A DNA stretch of 35,887 nucleotides from Trichosphaerium sp. ATCC 40318 (taxonomy: Eukaryota; Protista; Tubulinea). Where the stretch lies: assembly GCA_038496445.1 (NCBI GenBank), contig JALMLS010000396.1, positions 1 to 35,887 on the forward strand. Reading direction: 5' to 3'. Positions within the stretch are counted from its first letter, which is position 1. The number at the start of each line of letters is the position of its first letter. A program made the translations under genes and the position numbers. Shown here one piece after another: positions 1-13,538 of this stretch. The notes under the pieces are model-generated. The model was not told the origin of the DNA. It searched no databases and was given only the letters and a program-made list of their open reading frames with translations.

Positions 1-1425
1 TTAACAATAATATTCTTTTAAAATAAATATAAAAATTAAAAACACTTTTAAATTAAGCAACATACTATAAACAAAGGTTTTTAATAATGCAGCAACACAC
101 ATTTATACATAAATTTAAACATTTATACGCAAAAAACTTAAAGTTTTTGGTATTTAAATAAGATTTGATATATATCATCAAAAAACTGTAATTTAATACA
201 CACAACATGGGTCTTCTCAAAGATTAGCCTGTTTAATTTGATATCTGTATCAAGATTCGACGCCATAAAGACTTTTTAACACAGTTAAAAATAGTATCCA
301 CACAATAAAAATGTACTATACGCAAACTCAAGTATATAATTCTTTTTTACTTTTTTTACGTTCTATGCTTGCTTTATTTCTTTTTTTTAAATTTAATATA
401 TATACATAACTATGTTTTTTTTCTTTTTTATTTTTTCTTTTATGAGTTTTTCCTTTTTTTTAATAAGGTGTTTTATGTTTTCAGTGCTTTTATTCTTCTT
501 AAATTTAAGAAGAATAAAAGCACTGAAAACATAAAACACCTTATTAAAAAAAAACCTCATTTTTTTTTTCTTTTTCTAAAAAAAAGAAAAAAAAAAAAAT
601 AAGGTTAAAAAAAAGAAAAATATTATACCCTTTGATCATTATTTTAAAATAATGATCAAAGGGTATAATATTTTTCTTTTTTTTAACCTTATTTAATAAA
701 TTTAAGCTACTCATGATGCTTATATTTAATACATTTAAACTGTATTTTAATTTTTGCTCTTTTTTTTTCAGAAATAACGAAAGAAATAAATAAAAAAAAT
801 ATATTTTTTTTATTATACTCTTTTTTTTTCAAAAATAACGAAAGAAATAAATAAAAAAAATATATTTTTTTTTTAATATACTCTTTTTTTCTTTTATTAC
901 TCTCGTTATTTTTTTTATTTTTTGTTTTACTTCTTTTTTTATTTTTTTTATTTTTTGTTTTACTTCTTTTACTTTTTTAACTTTTTTTTTATTTATTTCT
1001 TTTATTTTTTTTTTTGATCTAATTAAAAAATATATAATATAAGAAGGTATTAGTAATATAAAAAAAAATATCTTTATAATACCCTTTAATATTATAATAT
1101 GTCAATATAACTTTAAAAAAAAATAAAAGTAAAGAAATATATTTTTTATCAACAATATATACGATTCTTAAATCTTCTAATTTTACAAAATATATTCCAC
1201 CATACTTTTAAAAAAAAATCTCATAAATAAAAGTCTTATATCCTATAACTAAGTCAATATCTTATAGTATATATCTCATATTACGCATAAATCAACATGT
1301 TTTAATTATTTCTCACAAAAATATCTTTACATAATGCACTCAACTTAAAATATTTTCAAAAGACGAATAATAAAAAAAAAAACTTAAATAAATAAAAGCG
1401 TAATCTTCTTAATTTCACTTTCATA

Positions 1426-1871
1426 TTACTCAAATTTTTGTATCATATTCAGCTAATTTTTTTTCTTCTGCAGATAGCTTTCCCAATCTTTCTTTCCCTT
1501 CCTATATTTTGTTTTTTTACATCTCTATACCATCAGGACCATACATAAAAATTAATTCCCAAGAATATACTTTCTATTTTTTATAAATCTTTCTCAACTA
1601 TTTTATTACTCTACTTTTTATACTCAAAAATATTTAAGTTTCATTTTTCGCTTCTTTTTCTAAATTCACCTAATAATCTATTAATATAGGAACACCATAC
1701 AAAACATAACATAAGTATATTCGAACTTAAAATATGAGGCTGTCTTTTCACTGCATTAATTTATTTACTCAATATTCATAATATACTATTTTCTTTTATC
1801 TCAACGTTGGTTCCCATACCTATTAACCAATATAATGCACAAAATTATTTCTACTTTACGATAATTATCAT
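1426..1871 (-). CDS. rpl6: rpl6-like, mirror copy
   Basis: Reverse complement of 27187..27633 (one T shorter). Confidence 0.55.
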
Positions 1872-1873
1872 CC

Positions 1874-2059
1874 TTATTTTTGGCACCTAAATAACTTAGA
1901 GCGATCCAACAATTACTTTCCCACAAAAGTAACTAAATCCAAATAAAAAGACTCCTAAAATTTACATAACGACGCTTTACCAACCAAAATTAATTCTTCA
2001 ATAACCCTACCCTCTCTACGTCTACCTATAGGACTAAGCCTCGTCGTACTAATAACCAT
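1874..2059 (-). CDS. rps16: rps16-like, mirror copy
   Basis: Reverse complement of 26999..27184. Confidence 0.35.
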
Positions 2060-2646
2060 CTATATACCCACGTGGATATATATGTAATCAATCAGATAAA
2101 CTCTTATCAATGTCATTATCTTATTATAAAAGAATCAACGGCATAAAAACCAGCTCATTCAAGAGCTCACTCTCTTCAATATCTAATCAATCCAAACGTT
2201 TTTTGTATAATGTACAAATACATGCTTATAACACAAATCTTTTTATAAAGCCATAACGCAAAAATATATTTACAAATTATTATTTTGCAATTTATTAAAA
2301 AAAACTTAAATATACTATTTAAAATTTTTTTTAATAAAAACGTTACCTTGGTAGAAAAATTAAAATTAATTTTTCTTTTTCTAGTTCTTACCTTTTTCTA
2401 CACTATTAAGCAAAAAATTAAAAATCAATTTTTAATTTTTTTCATAAAGTTCTTTAAATACTTTAAAAATATACTCAACCAGAAGTTACACTTTCTAATA
2501 ATTAAGATATAGCCTAAACATTCCCTCAATTGTGTAGTTTCCTTCTTACCTTCTGCTTCTATGATGTAAACGACTCAATAACTGCAACATAGCTAAATCC
2601 CCTAAAATAAGTTTAATAAAACTAAAATTAATAAAATATCAAACAT
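2049..2646 (-). CDS. rps2: rps2-like, mirror copy
   Basis: Reverse complement of 26411..27009 (one base shorter in an A/T run). Confidence 0.45.
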
Positions 2647-2650
2647 TTTT

Positions 2651-3400
2651 TTATTTATATTGTAAACTCTAAATATTCTTATATGAAAATCTTCCGCTCT
2701 GTTTTTTTACGGAACTATTATATGTTCTTCTATGTTAAAATCTAAACTACAAGTGGATACACGACACTTTCCGTTTAGGGTACTTATTAAATAAAAACAT
2801 CACATACTAAAATCAAAAAGATAAAAATTGGTACATTAAAGTAAATCAACAACCAAACAACGTAAACGCTGCAACTTAAAATTAATTTACATGTAAATAA
2901 TTTTTGTCCTCATAATTTAAACTTAACATTTATATAATCTTACTGTATAATTTGGATGCCTTATACTACACCATTTAATAATAAAAACCACAAGATAAAA
3001 ACTTCGTGAATCATACATAGTATCCACAATATTTAATCTAAATACACTACCCCCAATCGACATTCTAAAAATTTAGAATTTGACCAACTACACTTTCCGA
3101 TTTGGCCTTGCTTTCTTATCATATCGCTTATACGCCTATGCGTAAGAAATTATAAAATAATAATAAACGTTGTAAACGTACGAAATACTCCTACGTTTTT
3201 TTCTCTCTTTTCTTGGATAATAATATCTATTCTATATACGAACCTATATTAGCATTTTGATCCGATATTCTCTTCAAATATCTAATACTAGATCTAGCAC
3301 AAATTGCCTGATGGATTTAACCTCACATATGATGTATTTGTCCTGTTAATCTACTTCTAATTGCTAAACTTTTTAACAGTATATTTTAAACTGTTCTCAT
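2651..3400 (-). CDS. rps4: rps4, mirror copy
   Basis: Reverse complement of 25657..26406. Confidence 0.77.
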
Positions 3401-3576
3401 TTATTTTTTTTTTTTTTTTTCAAGATAATCATTAAACATAGCAAAATCTAACTCTAATTGTTCTCTAAAATCTTCTAAAGTTCATTGAACAGATTCGCTA
3501 AATACATAAAAATTATTTAAAAGCACTATTTTAGTTTTTTTAAATAATTTTTCTAAAAAAAAAGGAATATTATTTA

Positions 3577-4686
3577 TTATTTTACTTTTTAATATTTTAA
3601 TTATTATAGTAGATCATGATCTACTACATACTATATATAAAACTAAAAACCTAAATAATAAATAATTAAGCTTTCATTAAATTACAAGATCAAGGATAAC
3701 GCATAGTTTCACCCGAACATACGCTAAATCAACTAAGTTACAAGCTAAAAACATACATATGTTTTTCCTATAATATCAAAATAAACCCTTTCAATTCACT
3801 ACGGCCCAAAAAACCAAGCCTAACAAACAACCTATGGCACAAGCTAAATGTAACAACCTAAATTTTTATTATAAACCAATTTTATCATACATAAAAAGGC
3901 AAAAAATACATTCTGGTTTTATTAATCTTGGCGTCACATAATGTTTGCCAAAATCATATTTTCATACATGTTGCATAAGATCATGAAAATACATATAACC
4001 ATAAACACCTATAACTAAAAAAACACATATAAATCTTTTATTAAAAAATATACACCAAAGCTACCGAATCTATAAATCCATCTCCTCTGTATTATTTGTC
4101 GACCAGTTTCATGTAATAAAATTAAATGCACAAAACTAAACCTAATAAAAAAAAGCTAAAAAAATAATGTAAACTAAAACATCTGTATAACATTTCATGA
4201 CTAAAAGAAAACCTCCCATAACAAAAGGAAAAATTTCTTCTTTCACCCTGGAAAACATCTATTAGATATAATATAATAATGGTAGCTCAATAGCTCATTT
4301 GACTCAAGGTAAAATATAACTAATAAAGCAGTAAATACATTACTAACAATACTAATACTCCTGACATTCATAAATGTGTCTAGGATATAAATAAGAACTA
4401 TAAACAATCCCCTTAGCATATGAATATAAACAACAAAAAAAAACATACAGCACCATGTACATGAGCTAATCTTAATCATCACCTTCGTAAACTTCACGCA
4501 TAATTACATTTAAAGACCTTCAAAATCACCTGCGTATATATTGCCGCTAATAATACACCCGTTAATATTGAATTAATAAAAAAATTAACGCTACCCACCA
4601 TAACTTCAATTATAACTTAAATTAGATGTGCTCTATAACCAATCCAAACTCATATGCTACTTTTGTAATTTATTACTTTTCCACAT
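3577..4686 (-). CDS. cob: cob, mirror copy
   Basis: Reverse complement of 24371..25480. Confidence 0.94.
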
Positions 4687-4694
4687 AACTGATT

Positions 4695-5870
4695 TTACTT
4701 AATTATTTCTATTATTTTTCCTTACCTACTGTATTTGTCCTTCTCTTATTGTAAATTGTAATTTTCATTTAACGCAACTTTAGACATCAACTTTACTCTA
4801 TTTTTTCATTTGCCCAGGTAAAATTACTTCATCCTCATTTAAAACCTTTATTGTCCCGTAACATTAGATGTTCTAAAAAAAAATTGAGGTTGAAAACAGA
4901 ACTAAATGGTTTTTTCTTCCTCCCTCTTTTCTTGTCAAAATATAGACTGCGCTCTAAATTCATTTTTAGGCACAACGCTTTTAAATCACATAAAACCATT
5001 CTCGTATAACTTGTTTTCTTTTTACACTTTTATTAAAACCCAACATTTTCACCCGCCATAGCATCGTTCATTATTTATGAAACATTTCTACACGTAACAT
5101 GTTGTTTTTATTACATCAGAACCTACCAATTCCAAATCTTGACACTTTTTACAATACCTTGTTCTATGCATCCGATACTACAGTACCTCGACCTGAATTG
5201 TATAAACATCTTCTATAGGCATTATAAACGATCATCTTTATTTCTAACTGTAAAGGTATTTTTTCATCTATTAGCGCATTAATTCTTTTACACTTTTATG
5301 CCATTTTCTGAAAAACCCTTTTCTTCCACTTCGTTCATAGCTCATGCGCCGATCCCACAGAGAAAGGTACATCTTCATAACATAAGTTTCTAAAAGCTCT
5401 AAGTTTCCAAAGATACTAAATCTTTTAAATTCGGGTCAATATAGCATCTAATTTATTAAAAAAAGCACCAAATTTTTAATACCTACTTGACTTATTAATA
5501 TTATATGTCCCTTGTTTGTTCTTGAGGACCATCTGTCAAGCTACTACTAAAATAACTCCGTCATCTGGATTGCTCCTATTATCATATTCTTCATAAAATC
5601 TGATGTCCTGGGCAATCAACATGTGTATAATGTCTGTTTCCGTTTCATATTCACATGTAATGCGTTTATAGTAATCCCACGCGCCTTTCTTCTGGAGTTT
5701 TATCAATTTCATCATAATTAAAATTTTAGTTCTGTATAAAACGATAATACCTGAGTTATTGCTGATGTTAACGTTGTTTACCATGATCTACGTGCCCTAT
5801 AGTTCTATTGTTACATGCGGCTTTACACGCTTAAAGACCTCTTTCCCCGTAGATTCTGCTTTAGCAACAT
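4695..5870 (-). CDS. tufA: tufA, mirror copy
   Basis: Reverse complement of 23187..24362. Confidence 0.95.
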
Positions 5871-5873
5871 ACT

Positions 5874-7800
5874 TTAACTAATTTTTTAAATTAAAACAAA
5901 ACAATCTGCAAACTCTTCAAAAAAGCATTTAATTTTTTTACATTTAACTTTACTGACGTTTTCTTATATTATCTTAAACCAATTTCTACCAAATATACTG
6001 TTTCTATACTTACTTTATGCATAATATTTTCAAAAGTAGCTACTTATTTACAGCAATATTATCTAAAAAACTTCAGATGCTGCAAACAAAGATAACAACT
6101 GATGATCTGTTGCATCGGCATTTTATTTTTTTGAACATCATTTGTATTAATCTTTGACCTCTATTATTAAATTTAAGGTAGCCTCATCTAAAGACGATCA
6201 AATTTAGCAAAATCTTCAACTCACGAAATTGAGCCAATTCTAATTTTAAATCTTTTGCTAAATATTCATCATTTTACTTTGAGCCATTGACCTACCCTAC
6301 TTACAGATAACCTAAATTAACAGCAGGTCTTACCCTTTTTTAAACAAGTTTGTATCTAAAACAATTTGTCCATCGTAATAGAAATTAAGTTTGTTGGTAT
6401 ATAAGCTGATACATCTCTTCTATAGTTTCTGCTATAGGTAACGCTGTTAAAGTTCTCCTAATCTCTCTACACATGTTCTCATTTTCATAGCGCGTTAAAC
6501 CACAACGCCATACAGCCCAAGATTCACTAATTTTGCGGATCTTTCTAATAAACGAGAATGCAAATAAAAAACATCCCAGGATAAGCTTCTCGTCCTGGAG
6601 GACGACCCAATAAAAGAGATATTTGCTATAAATATTAGCATGCTTACTTAAATCATCATATATAATTAAAGCATCCATACCCAATTCTCTTCAATATTCT
6701 CCTATAGATGTACTACATAAGGAGCTAAATATTGATAACCATTGCTGAACTTGCAGTTGAACATATTAAAGTTACATTCTTCAACAATTTTTCATTTTTA
6801 ATAACATGCTATTCTTTTAACGTTGACATTTTTTGACCTATAGCTACATAAATAGCATTAAAAATACATTTACTGCACCAAATCTTGGCTTTTTCTTCTA
6901 AATTCTCTACTTTGATGTATTATGTATCTAAACAAATTGCTGTTTTTCTGTCTGTCTATCTCCCAAAACTAATTCCCTTTGACTTTTCCTATTGGTACAT
7001 AGAATCTATTGCTTTAACACAGTTTCCAAAGCTTGAGCTATTGATGTTCTTCTTATAATCCTGGAGCTTTTTTCTCAACATATTTAAATTAACTTGCTGA
7101 TAATAATAATTATGATGTTTCACATTGTTTGTAATCTGTAAAATTTTGGATCCTTATGTATTGTAAAAATCTATTTTTATTGATGTACAATTTCTTTACT
7201 ACCAAACTGACCTAATAGATTTCCAACAAACAAAATAAAGGCAAATTTCTTTTGTTTGTTGAGTTTGCATTATAAAGGTAAAACTAAATTACCAGCAATA
7301 AACCATTTGTACTTTGAATAATATTACAGTATTTACTATATGCTTATTCTTCTCCTATAAAGATAAGAATCCCATGTAATATATTCCCATTCCTTAAAAC
7401 TCTAAAAATTTTTCGCCAAATCATCAATTAGTCCATCATACTCAGAATAACTCTCTATAGAATCAAAAACTACAACCCACTACAATTTATATATTTTTTA
7501 ACAACTAAAGATTGACTAAACCATCACCTATAAAACCACTTTTATACGCGCAACGTTCACATTTAAAACTTTACCAGTTCAAAATAAAAAATCACCTATT
7601 TGAATACTATATCTCGTCCGAAAACTAAGATACTATTCTCTTAGCTTCTAAGTTCATAACTACTCCTAAAGTCCTCCATCTGCAAAAACTACTCGCTCAC
7701 CAGCACTCACTTTCATGATTCTATAGCATAAACTACTCATCTGCAACGTAGCTTACTTACCTAAACCATTAAAATGATAAGAAATTACATGATCGTCCAT
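5874..7800 (-). CDS. atp1: atp1, mirror copy
   Basis: Reverse complement of 21257..23183. Confidence 0.95.
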
Positions 7801-7826
7801 TTATTTTATATTTTTTTAATTTTTTT

Positions 7827-8073
7827 AACCGTAATAATATTAAGCCTTTCCATTTTATTAACGCTTTAAAACTATAAAGAACCAAACCCTCCAACAATAT
7901 TGCTCAGTTCAAATATAATAATAAAACAAAAAATAAAATAGTACGTCAGCTAAAATAACTTCTAAACTAAAAAATTCTAATAAGCATAAAATTAAATACA
8001 AAAAAGAGTTACAAAAAAACACATGATAAATTTAATATTCCTCTTCTAATAATAAAATTATACTAAATGACAT
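7827..8073 (-). CDS. nad4L: nad4L-like, mirror copy
   Basis: Reverse complement of 20984..21230. Confidence 0.45.
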
Positions 8074-8079
8074 TTTGTT

Positions 8080-8251
8080 TAACTAGACATACAATTTATT
8101 TACTTGTACATATTTAACATTAATTCATACCTCAATTTTGTTATTTCTGAGATACCTTTAATATAAAAAAAAACACAAAAAATATACTATAAATAAAGTA
8201 AAAAATAATAAAATAATTTCTGTTGAAAAAATAAAATATCTATTGAATCAT
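8080..8251 (-). CDS. atp8: atp8, mirror copy
   Basis: Reverse complement of 20806..20977. Confidence 0.65.
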
Positions 8252-8319
8252 TATATTTTTTCTTTTTTTTTTTATCACTGTAACTTAACACTATTGATAA
8301 ATATAAAGCATATTAAAAA

Positions 8320-9339
8320 CTAAATCACTTTTATTCCATTCAAAAAGTCTGTTCACATATAAACACCTATAAATAAAACTATCAAATAACATCTACAAAA
8401 TGTCAATACAATTAGCAAAAGCAAATCCCTGTAAATACGTGCACTATAACCATATGTAGATATCGACCAAACATACGCACAAAAAAATTCACCGGCTATT
8501 ACATGACAACCATGTAAACCTGTTAACATAAAGATGTACTTCCAAAAACCCGCTGGTTATACTAAAAGGTAATGTAAAATATTCTATCACTGATTAAATA
8601 AAAATAATAATCCAAAAACCAATGTTACCACATAACCCAAATAACATGATAATATTCACGGCGGCTACAGCCATAGTAGCTACCTGACAAATTAAACTGA
8701 ATATAATAATAATAAAGTATTTATCAAAGGTATACAAAAGGCGCTGGGCTACTTATACCACAACCTGGTCATTACCTCCTATTCTAGCTACATAACACAA
8801 ACATAATAAAAAAAAGCGCAAAAAAAGGTACAAAAAACATCATTCCGCAACTAAAAAAAAAATAAAACATATTGTAAGTTTCTTGCTATTACACTGTTCT
8901 ATGACCTAAAATCACTCTCTATCTAAATCACGCCACCAACCATAAACTGATAATAATGACACATTGTACCAAATAAAAATAAACCAGGGCACAATTTTGA
9001 CAATGCATCCACGTAATAGCCCTAAAAATAAAAGTAACGTCCATAACTTAAAAAAAAAGGCCATGGCTAGCATCTACATAATGCCAACGATGCTTTGACG
9101 ATTTTTTATTTTATCACTATATTGCAAATTATAATGTCGTAAACCCCTTTATAATAGTTATTAACAATATCTAGTTTTATTTCTAAATTTATATATCAAA
9201 TAAATAAATCATAAAAAAAATAAATAATATGTCGACATAAAAGCGATATTTCTATATATGCGTTAATATCAACACTTATTAATAATTTTAAATATAATGT
9301 AAATATTTTAAATTCTTCCGCAAATAACCTTTTATCCAT
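8320..9339 (-). CDS. cox3: cox3, mirror copy
   Basis: Reverse complement of 19718..20737. Confidence 0.9.
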
Positions 9340-9375
9340 CAACTTTTTCACTTTTTTATTATAAATTTAAATAAT

Positions 9376-10074
9376 TTAATTAGATAAAAAATCGCTTAAA
9401 TAAAGCACATTAACATTAAGAAAATATAAGCTGTATTGCCGCAACTATAAATTCTAAAATCATAATTAAAACGTCACTACGATTAAAATTGTTTGTAAAT
9501 ATAAGCTATACTCGCATAAAACACTGCGCATAAACATTTAATAATGCGTGCCAGCTAATATATTAGCCATTAAACGCACATGTAGACTAACTACCTTAAA
9601 ATATAAGATACAAACTCTATATTATTAAAATAAAAAGAATTACGCTTTTATTTCCGGTACAAATAAAGTAATAAACCAGTTCGTTTAAAATAAACCTTAA
9701 TAAACCTGCATATATTCAAATTACGCTGCAAAAAAAAATGCAACTGCCCAAAAACTTGTAATTGATAATCTCCGGGTATCATTGCTATTATATTTAAAAA
9801 CAAAATCTCGCGAAAACAACAAAAATGAAAGGTTTAATATTCTTTTATTTTTATTATTTAAAAAACAACCGTTAATTTCCCAGTTACTCCCCAACAAAAT
9901 TAACTATAAATTCAAAAAAACTAAAAGAACCATCCCTAAAACACTTAATTTAAAAAAAATAAACCGTAAAAAAATCCATAAAAAAAAAAACAACTTACCA
10001 AAATAAAAACCAACTTGAAAACACAAACAACCTAAATTATTTACTACGGGATCAAAATGCTCCAAAACTGACAT
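9376..10074 (-). CDS. atp6: atp6, mirror copy
   Basis: Reverse complement of 18983..19681. Confidence 0.9.
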
Positions 10075-10146
10075 CTTTCTCTTTTCTTTACTTCTTTTAT
10101 TTTTTTATTAAAATAAAATTTAAAATAACCCTTTAAATTTTTTTAA

Positions 10147-11852
10147 TTTTATCAGTTACACCTTCCGATACACTACCCTGTTACGAGTTACAGCAATCGC
10201 TGACATAGGTTTTATAGTCCTTTTTTTTATCTTTTCTACTTTTTAATTATCTTTTAAAGCAGGAGATTTACTCAACCGCTTTTAGCTTACGTTAAAAAGA
10301 TAATTTAAATTTAAATTATCTTTTTATTTCTTGCCCTATTTAGTTTATTTTTCATAAAAAGTTGCTTTTCCTAAGAAAACTCTACTTTAAAATACAAACT
10401 TTTTTGATTTTTTTTTTGATTAATTTAAACTACGTCCAGCCACCCAGCTTTCGCTGGGCCACGGCGGTATGTACGAGCGCAGGCAAGTATTCACGCGGTG
10501 TGATGATCCGCGATTACTAGCAATTCATCTTCATATTCCTATTTCAGGGAATATCCGAACAAGAGATTGTTTTATCAGACTAGCGCTAATCACTTATGAA
10601 TAGCATCTTGTTGTACCAACGTTGTATCACATTTGAAGCCAAACCATTAAGGCCATGACGACCAGTCGTCATCACTACTAACTATCATATTGCATGATTT
10701 GCTAAATTGTATTATTATTTTCACTCAATTTCATGGGTACGCCCGTTTATCCAGTAAGGCGACATATCACTACACGAGCTGACGGCGCCATGCAACACCT
10801 GGACCTAAAGTATTCTCTCAATTTTTAATATAAATTTGAAAAAAACCTACTACTTATAAATATAACTTTATCTTGGGGCATATATCTAGGTTTGTAAGAT
10901 TAAACGCGGATCATCAGATAATCAACATGATCCACTGCTGGTAATACACTCCGCCAATTTCTTAGGTTTACATCTTGCGACATATTTCCCCAGGTGAGAT
11001 ATTTACGCGTAAGCTTCACCACCGGTACAAGTCACAAAGGATTTAAAACCTCCTAGATGTCCAGCGCCAAATATCCATCGGTCACAGCGTAGATTACAAG
11101 GGTATCTAATCTTTTCACTCCCTACGCTTTCGATTACTAACGTCTATTCTTTCACAGTACGCGATTGCTCCGCATGATGGTCTTATAAATCTTAGAATTC
11201 TACTCCTAATTTATAATACCACGTACTCAAAAAAATACAAAGACATAAGTTAAATGAGTTATCCTCAGATCAACCCGAGTTTTTTACTCAAAACTTTATG
11301 GACAGTTTACTTCCCTTTACACCAATCAAGATGAGTAGCACTTGGGCCCCCGTGTTACCGCGACTGCTGGCACGAAGTTAGACAGCCTTTCCAATAATTA
11401 CTATCACTATTATCATTATTTCACTGACTTTCGACTCTGCCTTCTTAAGCGAACAATCTTTCTACAACTGTGCTAAATTTAGCCACACGGCATAACTGGA
11501 TCGTGCATTAAACTTGTCCAAAATCCCTCACTGCTGCGCCTTAACGTTCGGGTCATCTCTCCCCGCTGTGCCAGTTTACCCTCTCAGTCCTGGTACGGTC
11601 TTCGGCTAGGTAAGCTTTACCTTAAACCTACTACTTATCATTTACGATACATTCCTATGTGTCAAAAACTCGTATCTCTTTATATAAAAATTATAAATCT
11701 ATTTACTTTATTAAGCTTATTTTGCTTAACATAGCTAGCTAATATCGATTAATACTCACCTTACGGGCATTCTAAATAATATAGAATATTACCTTGCATG
11801 TGTTAAGTCCACATTAGCACTCACTCAGCGCAAAATCATACGCTAACTTTTA
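10147..11852 (-). rRNA. rns: Mitochondrial SSU rRNA, mirror copy
   Basis: Reverse complement of 17205..18910. Confidence 0.95.
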
Positions 11853-11881
11853 CTTGTTTTTACACCAACTACCTTTAATAA

Positions 11882-11952
11882 CGAGCAAATCGGACTTGAA
11901 CCGATATCTGAAAGGCCGACAACTTCTATTTTACCTTTTAAACTATTGGCCC
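11882..11952 (-). tRNA. trnD: tRNA-Asp(GUC), mirror copy
   Basis: Reverse complement of 17105..17175. Confidence 0.87.
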
Positions 11953-11955
11953 TTT

Positions 11956-12025
11956 TTTGGATAGCAGACTCGAACCTGCACTTTTGGCTCCAAAGCCAAC
12001 ACTCTACCTTTTAAGTTATACCCTG
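11956..12025 (-). tRNA. trnP: tRNA-Pro(UGG), mirror copy
   Basis: Reverse complement of 17032..17101. Confidence 0.87.
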
Positions 12026-12031
12026 TTTTTT

Positions 12032-12104
12032 TTTTGGAGGCCGGACTCGAACCGATCTCCTCAAGGGTCATGAGCCTGCGAGCTAACCTATACTCCACTC
12101 CCGA
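12032..12104 (-). tRNA. trnM: Initiator tRNA-Met(CAU), mirror copy
   Basis: Reverse complement of 16953..17025. Confidence 0.85.
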
Positions 12105-12106
12105 TT

Positions 12107-12186
12107 TTTCAGTGACGGGACTTGAACCGCACGTTTTTTCAAACACAAATTTTGAATCTGACGTGTCTACATTCCACCACACTGAC
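12107..12186 (-). tRNA. trnL: tRNA-Leu(CAA), mirror copy
   Basis: Reverse complement of 16871..16950. Confidence 0.88.
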
Positions 12187-12258
12187 TTTTTCAGGCCGGA
12201 CTTGAACCGACATCAAAGATTTTGGAAACCTCTATTTTACCAATTAAACTACTGATAC
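12187..12258 (-). tRNA. trnW: tRNA-Trp(CCA), mirror copy
   Basis: Reverse complement of 16799..16870. Confidence 0.88.
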
Positions 12259-12267
12259 CTTTTTAAC

Positions 12268-12339
12268 TTCGGGCGACAGGCATCGAACTGCAACCTTTGG
12301 GTTAAAAACCCACTGCTCTACCTATTAAGCTACGCCCCC
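12268..12339 (-). tRNA. trnK: tRNA-Lys(UUU), mirror copy
   Basis: Reverse complement of 16718..16789. Confidence 0.88.
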
Positions 12340-12342
12340 TCC

Positions 12343-12424
12343 CTAACGCGGTGGGATTCGAACCACGAAGAGAAAAACTCAATAAATTTACAATCTACTC
12401 CTTTAACCACTTGGATACACGTAC
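12343..12424 (-). tRNA. trnY: tRNA-Tyr(GUA), mirror copy
   Basis: Reverse complement of 16633..16714. Confidence 0.87.
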
Positions 12425-12428
12425 TTTT

Positions 12429-12496
12429 GTTGGGTAGTTGATTCGAACCAACGTAACTTATTCAAAATCAAGCGCCTAACCTCTCGGCATACCCAT
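12429..12496 (-). tRNA. trnQ: tRNA-Gln(UUG), mirror copy
   Basis: Reverse complement of 16561..16628. Confidence 0.85.
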
Positions 12497-12567
12497 TTAG
12501 CCCAGTGGACTCGAACCCACATCTTACAACTTATGAGTTGCTGTTTTTGCCTTTAAACTATAGTTCT
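12497..12567 (-). tRNA. tRNA-CAU (Ile/Met), mirror copy
   Basis: Reverse complement of 16490..16560. Confidence 0.8.
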
Positions 12568-12577
12568 TTAAAAAAAA

Positions 12578-12647
12578 TATCCACGTTGGACTTGAACCAA
12601 CATCGCCGAATTGAAAATACGTATCCTAACCTTTAGACGACGCAGAC
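12578..12647 (-). tRNA. trnE: tRNA-Glu(UUC), mirror copy
   Basis: Reverse complement of 16410..16479. Confidence 0.85.
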
Positions 12648-12649
12648 TT

Positions 12650-12721
12650 TGGCTCGTAACGGAATTGAACCGTTATTACACTATTTGCAATAGTATGGAT
12701 TAACCGTTATCCTAACGAGCC
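12650..12721 (-). tRNA. trnC: tRNA-Cys(GCA), mirror copy
   Basis: Reverse complement of 16336..16407. Confidence 0.93.
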
Positions 12722-12723
12722 TT

Positions 12724-12803
12724 TTTCAGTGACGGGACTTGAACCGCACGTTTTTTCAAACACGAGATCTAAATCCGACGTGTCTACATTCCACCACACT
12801 GAC
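12724..12803 (-). tRNA. trnL: tRNA-Leu(UAG), mirror copy
   Basis: Reverse complement of 16254..16333. Confidence 0.85.
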
Positions 12804-12986
12804 TTTTTTTTCTTTTTTCCTTCTAACAAGGATTTTTTATAGTTGAGATTGCTTTTTTTAAATATAGATGCAGATCGTAGTTTTGTGCATCTATGGAAAT
12901 ATAAACAATCTTTGAGATTGTTTATATTTCCATAGATGCACAAAACTACGATCTGCATCTATATTTAAAAAAAGCAATCTCAAAAA

Positions 12987-13538
12987 GACTCTATTTCCGT
13001 TATATAAGTATAATCTCTCAATAAACTCCCACTTTCTTAGAGTTCTCTGAAAACTTAAATATGAATAAATCCTACCTTCATAAACTTAACAACCAATCAC
13101 TAAATATTTCATACGACACGCAAACCTACGACGTAAATTTCAAAAAATAAGTAACCTTTCATTAATTTATCTTACTTTTATAATCTATAAAATAATACTA
13201 TAATTATATAACCTTAAATTTAACAATACTTTACGCCCATTAAAGTTAATTTTTTTAAAAGACATGTGAGGCTTTAGTTTCTGTTACTAATTCTCTTCAT
13301 CAATTTTCAAATTTCATCAAATTTTATTCATCGATGAAATTCTAAATAAAAAAAGAAATAAAACCACATGCAAAGAAAATATTCAAGAAATACAAAATTA
13401 AATATACTTATTTTAAATAATTTAAAACATTATATAAAAATCTATTGCATTTTGTATAAATTTATTTATATTTTTTTCAAAACGTTTTGAAAACTATACA
13501 AATTTTAATACCTTTTTCACGACGTCACTAATACGCAT
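12987..13538 (-). CDS. rps7: rps7-like, mirror copy
   Basis: Reverse complement of 15519..16070. Confidence 0.4.
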